Source: Klebsormidium nitens
Taxonomy: Eukaryota > Plantae > Klebsormidiophyceae
Direction of reading: 5' to 3'
Assembly: GCA_000708835.1 (NCBI GenBank)
Contig: DF237337.1
Span: 10,904 to 74,903, forward strand
Length of the DNA stretch: 64,000 nt
Of the stretch, positions 12,587-23,000 are shown piece after piece; positions within the stretch are counted from its first letter, which is position 1; each line of letters opens with the position of its first letter. Under the pieces are notes generated by a model, which saw nothing but the letters and a program-made list of their open reading frames with translations, had not been told where the DNA came from and did not search any database. Position numbers and translations under genes: made by a program.

Positions 12587-13435
12587 GGCGCCCCAGCCAA
12601 TCGACGACAAATAAGTTTTCAGGACTAATAGAAGGAATCTCTTGGCTCTCTTCCCTCCTCCTGAAGGCTGTTCAAAGCTGATACAGATCCGTGAAAGCGG
12701 CTAATACTAACACTGACAGGATCTGCTCATGCAAGCTTTCTCCGGCCAGAAAAGTGTGCAGCTGCAAGCTAGATGATAGATCTGCAATGCTGGCATTGGG
12801 GTTTGTGGCTTGTTTGCGGCCAGAAAGCCCTAATTCAACTTCGAGGTTTAGCCAGGGGTCGCAAGCTGCCAGGCAAATTGGTGAGGAAGCAGAAAAGCAG
12901 GGGGTCCACCGCGAGTGCCCATCCAAATTTTTGCATGCAAGTTCTGGACACCTTGCCCTGCAAAACTGCCAATTTTCCGGGGCGGCATAAGCGGTGGACC
13001 AGTGCTTTCTGCATTTATCAGCGAATCAAAATGATTAAATAGCAGGGCAAAAATGCAGATTCTACGAACAAAATTGAACAGTTATAAGCAGACAGCATCT
13101 AATTGGTGGATTCACCAATAGTAGCCAAATCTTCGTCAGCAAGTGGTCATACGTGCGATACCGCGATCCTATAACCTGGCAGTGCGGGTTCTGCTTCCCC
13201 AACCCTCAAGCTGGCAGCTTGCGACCCCTGGGTTTAGCGCTGAGCGGGAGGAGGCGCCAATCTGCACTTTGATTCTGGAACGCTGCATTTGTTTGGCAGC
13301 ATCCTCGATTCCTACTATTAGAGACTTTGTGTCAGGTTTTCTGTGCTCATCATATGCGTGGGACGGGACCGGTGCCGGACAGGATTGGCACGAGAAAAAG
13401 AATGAAGCAAGCAAAGACGTTGGTGGCGAGGGACC

Positions 13436-16400
13436 ATGCAGAGAGCGATTGCTTCTCCAAGGAGTGCCACCGTGTGGAACAGAAGGCCTGGCAGATTTGT
13501 TGCAGGCTCCGCGATTGAATCTTTGAGGGCATCGGACGCGATGGTGAGACTTTTTGCCACCACGCCTTTTTCAGCAAGTTGAGGAGGACTCTTCTGAGAA
13601 AAACTTCTGTAAGCGTTCGGCTGCCGCTGGTGTTCTCTAAGTTGGTGAGTAAGTCGAAGAGCTGCCCTGATTGTTTGTTTTGATATGTTTCACTGATCAC
13701 TAGGTGAGACACAACATCGGGATGGTGGTGCATGTGAATTGATAGGTGGCAGTGGCGTTCACCCATTGACGGGCAGCGTAGAGAGATCAGATGTTGCATT
13801 GGTTTTTCTGAGCCTCAAGTTCAACTGGCTAGAATTTCGTCTCCAGATGTTTGTCGCTGTCGGGTGCTCCGTATGACGTGGTGGAGAGGGATCCCTGATT
13901 CTTGAATTGGTCCAATCAATGACCATGTCTACAATAGAGAATTGCCCTGGGAAGCTCACAGCCAGACTTTTTAAATACTGCCGAGCTTCTCTGAGGACAG
14001 GCTTTGCTCTTGATCACTTGATAGGAAAACGTCTTCTTTGAAGAATCACTTCAGAGAAAAGCAAAGAGGTTTCAGATTGGCGAAATAATCAGTTTTTTAT
14101 GATCTATAATTTTCCTGCTCCAGGCATCATCCCCCTCCTTAAGACTGCCCCCAGCCCCCCACGAGCTCTATCAACGTGTCCGCAACCACTTTCCCTACTT
14201 CAACCCAGACAAGAAGAACCCGGTCTTCTTTGAGAACGCTGGGGGCAGCCAGTTGCCCCTCACTGTCATCGAAGCAGTGCGTGAGCACATGCTGGACCAC
14301 TACGTGCAACTAGGGGCGGGATATGAGCTCTCCAATCGGGCGACGAGCACAGTCGATGCGGCGCATGACATCATCAAAGTAAGGATGTTCAATCTTCAGC
14401 TGTGTGTTGGAAACTAGGTACAAATACCTTGCTTTTGGAATCTCCCAGAGTTTTGATAGTTCGGAGCCTCTGAGGTTTTCAGGTTGCCTTTTGCACAACT
14501 ATCAACAAGAGGCTCTCAATCATATCCAACTTCTGATCTGGCACTGTTCAAGAGACACCCTTTTCCACCTCCAGCTGATTCCGCAGTTTGACTCATGACC
14601 GAACCAGCAAAATCAGGGGACGTTTTCTTTGAAGCTGACCCAGATCTAGGGAACCAAAGGCTTTTTGAGGAATTTTGGGTGGACTTCGATATTGACACCA
14701 GGGACAACCTTGTCTGGTTGATTCAACGGGTCTGAATTCTGGACCATTGACTTTACCAGCTTCGCTGGAGACCAACCTTCCTGAGCAGACAATATAGTAG
14801 TTCCGTGGACCTCACTATGCTGAATGTAAGGGCTTCAAAATTTCTGTGAAATGAATGATTCTTGCAAGCAAGGATGGTACCATTTGAAGTCACTCGTTTC
14901 ATTGGGGCATTCAGTCTTTGAGAGGACCGTTGAATATATGCTACCAAAGGTTGAAGGAAACAACGGCGCGTTGCTTTCTGAATTGTAGCGGGGATCCAAT
15001 CGACCAGATTCTGCTGTTCTATGGAACTGCATTCCGTAGGATATCAGAGGTGCGGGGATCATTTTTGGGACCTCGTCACGTTCTATGGCCCCTTCTAATT
15101 ATAACTTCCTTCAAAGGCTACTTCCGAGTTTCGAGTGCAGAAGGAAGCGGGGACAGACTTACACAGACTCCAGCTTTGAGCGGTGTTTGTATCCGCAATG
15201 TTCGGCTAGCCCCTCGAATCCCAATCAAACGCTGTCGTCTCTAAACTCACTCTACGGAAAATGAGATGTGGATTGAGGCCTCTGCAGATACTTTTCCACA
15301 AAGGATACGACGCCGCCAGATTTATTGAACGTAAACTCGTCTGAAGCACACAACTCGCTTCCAAACGTTCGTTCTGCTGACGTTTCATTTGTGACACTCA
15401 CGTTCGCTTTTGATTCAACAGTTGTTCTCAGAGAAGCAACTTACGTATCTTCTTGTTCTGCTTCCAAACGACACGCCTCAGGACCCAGTCTGTGGATATG
15501 TGCACCCCATACAATCTATAAGGCAAACTTCTAGTCTTCTAAGACAAGTTCTACTTCCCCTGGGTCTGCAGACCTTCCTAAACGTCGGCGAAACGGGCGA
15601 GGTCGTTCTTGCGGGCTCGACGTCCGTACTTCTCGCCTCTGCTGCGGACGCCTACCGACGGTCCGGCGTCATTCGGTCCGGCGACGAGATCATTGTCCAG
15701 GTGACGTGTCACGAAGCGAACGCCGGGCCCTGGGTGCGCCTCGCAGAAGACGTCGGCGCAACTGTGAAATGGTGGGGTGTAAATTCGGAACCCCCGCACA
15801 CGTCGAGCTTCGAGGAGCTGGAGAATCTGCTTACGGACCGGACGAAACTCGTGGCGGTGACACATGTTTCCAACCTTCTGGGGGAGATTCTGGACGTACG
15901 AAGCGTCGTTCGGACCGTTCGGGAGTCACCGGCGGGGGCGCAGGCGCGCATTGTCGTGGACGGAGTCGCGTACGCGCCGCACCGCGCCGCTGACGTCAGC
16001 GCCTGGGGTGTAGACTGGTACGCATTTTCGGTGTACAAGACGTGGGGGCCCCACGTGGCAGCGCTGTACGGGAGCCACGTGGCGTTCCGGGAGCTTGAGG
16101 GGTTTGGGCCGAACCATTATTGGATCGACGGGGCGGACGTGCCGTACAAGTTCGAGCTGGGGGGTCCGTCGCATGAGGCGTGTGCAGGAATTCTGGGCTT
16201 GGCTCAATATATTAGCGCGGTGGCTCGAGAAAGCATTGGGCTGGAGAGGGGCGCGGAGTGTGGATTTTCAAACGCTGAGGATCCCCAAGGGGTTCGATCT
16301 TCGGGAGAAACATCTACTAGCGGGCGGGCAGAGCAGGCAAGCAAACGGAACGGGATTGCTCCTTTGAACAGCAATGGTCCAGGGTCGAATGCGGAGGAAC

Positions 16401-16840
16401 AGAACGCGCCGAACGGGGTCGACTTGGCATCGGTTGCGGTTGGAAAGTTAGATGTGGCCCGCAAGCGGGGGCTGCTCCGACGATCGGACGTCGAGACGTT
16501 TTATCGAACGGTCGTCAGAATGGAGCAGGCGCCGCAGGAGAAGCTTCTCAAGTTCCTGCTGTCGAAGCCCGAGCTGACGGTTGTCGGACCTGCCACGTGG
16601 CAGTCGGATGTGCGAGTGCCCACAGTGAGTTTCGTCCACCGGAGCAGGACGTCTGCTGATGTCACTAGGACGCTGCACAAGGCAGGGTTTGCGATGCGCC
16701 ATGGGCACATGTATTCGAGACGGTTGTTAGAGTCTCTAAAATACGAAAATGTGGATGATGGAGTCATTAGACTCTCGCTTCTTTACTACAACACTCCTGA
16801 AGAGGTCGACACGTTGATTGGTTACATGGACGACATCTAA
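13436..16840 (+). CDS. Class-V PLP-dependent aminotransferase / cysteine-desulfurase-like protein (VC1184, TIGR01976-type) with a predicted N-terminal organellar transit peptide, ~543 aa
   Basis: Exons 13436-13543, 14124-14378 and 15572-16840, all phase 0. Motifs FENAGGSQ, LGAGYELS, CHEANAGPW, VTHVSNLLG, VDGVAYAPH, FSVYKTWGPH (PLP lysine), RVPTVSF and GVIRLSLLYYNTPEEV. Exon 1 is an R/S/A-rich presequence; this exon is less certain. Confidence 0.85.
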
Positions 16841-18216
16841 AAATGAAAGTGAATCTAACCCCTATATGGTTTTTGATAGAAGTATAGGAGGTTTATACCA
16901 TTGTACAGATCGGAACGACATTCGGCGCGGCAATATCTTGTAACATTATAGCGTCTAACTCTAGAGCAGGCTCAGTGAAAGGCGCCCGGGCCCGGCCGTC
17001 CTTAAGGATGAACGATTCACATTCGAGATTAAGTAGGTTGGCAAACCAATGATAGCAATGTGGCTGCAGGACGCGGTATAGCGGGTGTGCTTCAAATCCA
17101 TAGACAGAATGCAGATTGCATTCTTAGTCATGCCATGTCTGAACGCGCGGCAGAAATGTTCCCCAGCCATGGCTTTTCATGCAGCCACAGACGTTTCCGA
17201 CTGCGATAACTAAAGACGATGCACGTTAATTGATAATTGAATTGCCAGCTTACTCATACATGCAGTGCATGCCACATGTGTATGTCAGTGACCATGTGTA
17301 TGCATATGGTCACGTTCTGAAGCAATGCAATCGCGGTATTCTAAGTAAACGTTAATTGTAGACATTTTCATGACACCACTGTGTATCATTCGACCTACTA
17401 TTGGGACTGCCAGCTAGTTGCATGATTTCCACTGAGTTGAGCTGTCATGTGAATCAAGCGCAATCAGGATACATGCAGATACAATCCTATATAAGCTTGA
17501 TCGTGCGTCAATTTGGAGTAATTTATGCTTTTAAACGTGATCAATTTTCCAATTTAGCTCTGCGCATGACTCAGTACCCATGCCTGTATCGCCTGAAGAG
17601 AAGGGTACATGCATGGCTGGTGGGCGCAGCTTACTTCAAAGTTAATCCAGAGGCAGTCGGCCAGCACGCCACGCGCATGCGCGCTTTTGTGCTTATAAGA
17701 TCGGTCGGATGCATTGATGACTGGGATTACCTGCCATAGCGTTGCTGATTCTTCATCGGACCCGATTCAATAAGGCGGGGCAATCCCTGGATGCATGATA
17801 GATGGCTCACAACTTCTGGCTGCAAGCAACCAAGTGTGGTACTGCTCGGAAATCACTACGGTACCTCTCAATATTTACTTATCTGCCTACAGCCTCTTGT
17901 ACAGTATCCATTCAGTGTGCTTGCAAGGAGCAGCGCAAGCTTTGTACATCGCATGACATGCGCAGTGGCCGCACTTACAATGCAGACTCTTGTTGCAAAA
18001 ACCTACCATAGGAGTGGATGCCCCACTAAATCGTTGCAAGCTTCTCATTGACTTGGCAATTGCAGAACACCTCATTATAAAAACCTGGTAAACGTGTGCT
18101 TACTTTTATCAGTCCGCAGGGAACTCAGGTTTGGTCACCCTAGATCTTATCATTAAACCAGCTCCTGTTTGCGCTCAAAAGAGGAGGAGGTCCCAACCTG
18201 GTGTTACTACCACACT

Positions 18217-19151
18217 TCAACCCGCTTTGATCTTCTTAAGCTTTGGTTCCGGTTCTGCAGCAGGGATGGAAGGCAAAAGCTGGCGTCAGAGCAATCGTGT
18301 TCACCGAACTACATGAGTATTTTTCAGGTGGTAATCAGCATTTTGTTCTGAAGGCAGGCCAGTTGCAACGGAAAAGTCGGTTTAGCATCCTCTCATGAAC
18401 CCAACACAAGTGTGAAATAGATTGACAGTCTTCTGACAGGATGCTGCTGCCTGGTGCATTTGAACGCGTCATACTCACAAAGCACAAGCATATTTCATCA
18501 TCTTGATCGAAGTGTGGTCCAGCTTACTCGAGATGAGCGGCCGCGGTCTTGTTTTGAAAAGATACTTTTGCCGTATCACCCCCACCACGTCAAACCTAGT
18601 GCTGCCCCCTTCAATTTGCTGACCAGCCGTGGGAGGGAGCTTGATCTTCCGGAGCACAGCAAGCGCTTTCTTCAGGACCACTCTGGAGCCCTCCAACTCG
18701 TGGTACCCAATCCTTAGAATGGGTTTCTCCTGGAAGTGTGCAGCATCACTTTGGCATCAGCAATGAACGTGCTAGATCTGCTGATAAGTTGCCATGATCC
18801 AGACTCCGTCAGGTTTTGGTAAGTCCCTGAATAATCTGAAGACAGAGCTTTGCATGACGAAGGAAGCAGCACACAGTCTGGCAAAGACGGGTCAGCTACA
18901 CTTGGTGTCTGAATCTGGAATGAGGGATTTACCTGAGTACAAACACCTTGAAAATTGCACAGCTTATTGTGATGGAAACTGTAGTGAGTTCCTTTTCCTG
19001 CTGTGCTCACCGTGGGTGTCTGACACAGGATTCCTATCCGAAGGTTCTGCATCTCGTTTTTGAATGCCCCCTGGACGTCAATCTCCCCTTGCAGCTCAAT
19101 CATTGTCCACTCTGCGCATATACCACACTCACATCGGATGGGGGCCAACAT
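18217..19151 (-). CDS. CTF8: Chromosome transmission fidelity protein 8 (Ctf18-RFC subunit), ~126 aa
   Basis: Exons 19151-19011, 18729-18528 and 18254-18217 (381 nt). Peptides RC.CG.C.EW..IELQG, QNL.IG.LC, IGYHEL.GS.V.LKK.L.VL and VVGVIRQKYLFKTRPRPLISKP match plant CTF8. Confidence 0.88.
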
Positions 19152-20051
19152 GATGCCCTGATTAATCGACCCAGCACTCTTACTACAGTCTCAATAACGA
19201 GCACGAGGTCCTCATGAAAGCCTAGAAGACCTCGGGCTTTCGAGAAGGGCACATCCGCCCTAAGCGCTGCAATCCGGAGCGACTTCAAGCTCCAATCACT
19301 CCTACGTGCGCTTCAACTGAGGCCCCTCGGATCTAAAAACCAGAGCTTCTGCCAGAATGGGTCTTCCTCCACAGGCTCCAGCAGTCCAGCCTCCGCCTCA
19401 ACGGATTCCAGTACTGGTGCGCCAGCACCAAAATTCTCTCTTGCGATCTTGATCGCTTTGCTTTGAAATTCAGAAGAGATGGCGGGATTCTGTCTGGTAA
19501 CTGGGCCACTGGTAACGGCGCTGGAATATCTCAAACTTGACACTGTGAGATTGGTTGAAATCGAATTGAGTGTAATTCTCGGCTCTTGTGTCAAAGTATG
19601 GGCCGGCTGTATAGAACCGGCGGGCAGTAACGGTTATTTCCGGCTGTCTCCGGCGCGGCTTCTCTTTCATGGAGCTTTTCTTGTCACAGTATCTCTCTCG
19701 TCTGCAATTTGTGTAACGTAGCGCAAACGAAAGACCTGTGCATACAAAGGGCGAGCAGCAAACCTGGATGCAAAGCAAGTGGAGTGAAGATCCTTCTTGG
19801 TTCTTGGGGCTGCCTGAAAAGATTGGAGTACGGAAGACCGCAAGCTCTGGATCCAGGCGTTGCATCAGCGGTAGTGCTGTCGTGTGTGTTTGTTCCTCGA
19901 GAGGGGGTCTGTGTAACACCGGTACTTGGAAAACTCTCCAGAAAGCTGCTCTTTTAGCATTTAGATATAGATAGGATCAGCAGAGGGGGGTTTTCCGCAT
20001 CTGTCTTGCATGCTGAACTATTTCTGGGGTAAGGGACCGAAAGGCCCCGAA

Positions 20052-23000
20052 ATGGGGCAGGAAGAGAAGGGTAAAGCAGGGGACAGCGACACTTCTGTTG
20101 GGAGCGGGAGTCCTGCTGCTGATCCGGCAGAGGAGTTAAAGTCTGCGGCAAATGAGGCGTTTAAAGGTATGCACTGTTGACGTTTTCCCAACAGTTGAGA
20201 CATCATCGTGTTATTGTCTAAGCTGCGGTAAGATAATGGGGCAATATTATTGATCAATCGAATCTGATTAGTTTTGCTGACGTAATGGCGGGGTAGATGG
20301 TTGTCAGGAATGGAGGGTTTCCTCTGGTCCTAAGGACAGCTGGCCGTGGGAACAGCCAGCAATTCCTTCCTGATGTGACATGAGTTGCAGACAGCAGAGG
20401 CTGGACATTAATTTTGTGTCTGCCCACTGAATTCTTGTAGTGGATGTGGTCAAAGTTGCGTATTCTCTCCCTAAGGTTGCACAAGGTTAGGGTTTCCCTT
20501 TTGCCGGTTGTTGCTCCTGCTTCCACCTGTTTGAGCAGTGACGTCCTAAGGTTGTGTTGTTCGTCTTTGTTCACCTGGTAAACAGCAAACATGGAGAAAA
20601 TGCAAGATTAAAGTCTCAAGATCTTGCGTTTGTCTCAGCAGTAGGAATGTATGTTGAAGGGCTCGACAGTTAGAAACAGAAGAAACCCTCCTAAGCATCT
20701 CACCAACCTCGCAATCCACTGCAGATCACAAGTTCGCGCACGCGGTTGACTTGTACACACAAGCGCTAGAAATAAGAAGCGACAATGCGATCTTATATGC
20801 CAACCGCGCGTTTGCACACATAAAGCTGGAAGAGTATGGCAGCGCAGTCGAAGATGCGTCAAAGGCGATCGAGATCGACCCTTTGTACCCAAAGGTAGGC
20901 TTCCTTCTGTCCGTGCCTTGTGACTTATCTTCGTGATACGTGTGATGTCTGCGCTCTTGTGAACATGCTTCGCAACACGTGCAGTTTCTGCGTTGCTTTG
21001 AATGCGCTTCGCCACTGCATTACATCATAATACTTAGGTTTGGGGTTTAGGAAACGTTAGTGTTGGTGGTTCTGAGAGTATCACAAGCAATCTGTGTGTG
21101 GGGGGTAGTGCAAGTTTCTCGAGCAACAGTATTGTATCAGAAGATGCAAACTTCTCGAGCAATGTGAGCAGTCAGCGTCTTCGATGGCCTTCTGTTTGCA
21201 GTAGCGATTCTGTTGTTTTTTCTTACTTCCTGAAGTCCTCGTTTGCAGGGATATTATCGGAGGGGAAGTGCTTATGTAGCGCTGGGCAAGTTCAAGGACG
21301 CTCTCAAGGACTTTAGACAGGTAAGCGCGGAGCCTGTCAGCTGGTTGGCACTCGGCAAGCCTTTTGATAAGTGGTTCACTGCTTAGCAGTGCATGATCAA
21401 AAGGAGATTGCTGTCCAAGATCAAGAGGGTGCACTTGTTGTGTTGGACCCTTGGGCTTCGAGTTGGCAGACACACTGACAAAGTAAGTTGTTGGGATTCC
21501 CTGCTCGGGCAAGTGTCGTTGGAAAGGCAGTCAGAATCAAAACAGCTTTTCGGTTTAGAGGAGCTGAGGCGTAAGGGAAAAGAGATCCAACAATCTGGAG
21601 TCAAGCAAGAAACGAAAGTGCTTGTAAGACTAACGTTACATGAAACATATCACAAGCTCGAGGGTTTGAGAAGAAAAAGAAAGCCACAAACTCCCCACCT
21701 TGACATCCTTGACTCGTGGCTGCAGGTTGCAAAGATCAGGCCTCGAGACCCCGACGCTCAGAAGAAGCTCAAGGAATGCGAGAAGGCGGTGCAAAAGCTC
21801 CGATTCGAGGAGGCCATCGCGCAGGAGGAGCAAGACCATCCGTCTGTGGCGGAAACGATCGATGTCTCGAGCATGGGTGAGTAACGCATAGTCCAAGAGG
21901 GCAAGATGCAGTTGTAAAGCACAGGAGATGGATCTTTGAAGCGAAGCTGTGAAACTTGCTGGTAATAAGGTGTTAGCTTGTTTGCTGTTGGCGTTGCCTT
22001 GCAACGTACTGGTTGCAGGGGAAGTCGTGTTTTTCTTCTGTCGTCTGTTGTACCGCTTGCGAGGCCTAATTCGTCTTGTACTTTCGTCAATGGGGCAAAC
22101 TTAGTCTTCAATTTAGGCTCCTGTTGAAACGCTCGCGAAGCCTGGTGCGTCTTACGCGTCTCTCAAGCGGCCAGATTTTGCTAACGTTTGCCTAGGGAAG
22201 TTCGCTTTTTGGAGCGCAAACGTTTTACCTCACTAAGCGGCGTCCTTGCCTGCCTGGAAAAGCAGGCTGTTTATTGAGCTAAGTAAGCATTCTTGTACCG
22301 AGGTGTTTTTTTCGAGGTTCTTTGCTTCGAATCAAGATTGCGCATTATGATTTGACACCTTATTATCATCTCGAGTACGCCCGGTAATGACGCATTTTAT
22401 TCGTTCTCTGATTGGTCGAAACCCTTTACCATTGACTTCGTTGACTACGAAGACACTTCATTTAAAGCGCACCCCACCCTAGATCGAAGATTAAAAAAAT
22501 GGACACCGTCCATCTTTCAATCCAACGGCTTAGAATTATTACCAATTGTATCTATCGCTCCGATTGGCTACGCTAATTAGAACTCGTGTCGGCCGGTCTC
22601 CCCTAACCCACAAGGGTTCATTCTGAAACCCCAGAAAGAAGTGTCAGTTTGAGTGCAAAAATGGACCCCACTCTAGTTTGACACTTGGCCAAAAATCGGA
22701 GCTAATTAGCCAGGTGATCCGGCACGAAAGCCGAGTAAGGTGGCCATTCTCATTCTTGTGTATATTGCAGAAGTGGAGCCTGCCTACGATGGGCCTCGCT
22801 TGGAGGGCGACCAGTTGACCCTCGAGTTCGTCAAGGAGATGTTGGAAACTTTCAAAAAGCAGAAGAAGCTCCATCGAAGGTGAGGGCTTGTTCATTTACC
22901 ACGTTTGCAACAAGAGCGCTCATGGTGCACCTCTACGGGTCAGAAACGACTCGGTGATGAGGCCAGAACGGCCACGGAGACTCACGCCACAGACCGTTGG

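Noticed and set aside
14595-14735. 46-aa protein-like ORF in intron 2 of the PLP enzyme
   Set aside because: Short, no recognised motif and no phase-compatible role.
15410-15571. ORF-track start of the 476-aa PLP enzyme
   Set aside because: Intronic. An acceptor lies at 15571, and the conserved N-terminus (FENAGGSQ) is in exon 14124-14378.
19313-19594. 93-aa ORF ending EEDPFWQKLWFLDPRGLS
   Set aside because: TTG start with no in-frame ATG, no recognised family, and it lies in the CTF8/PP5 promoter or 5' UTR region. It cannot be fully excluded without RNA data.
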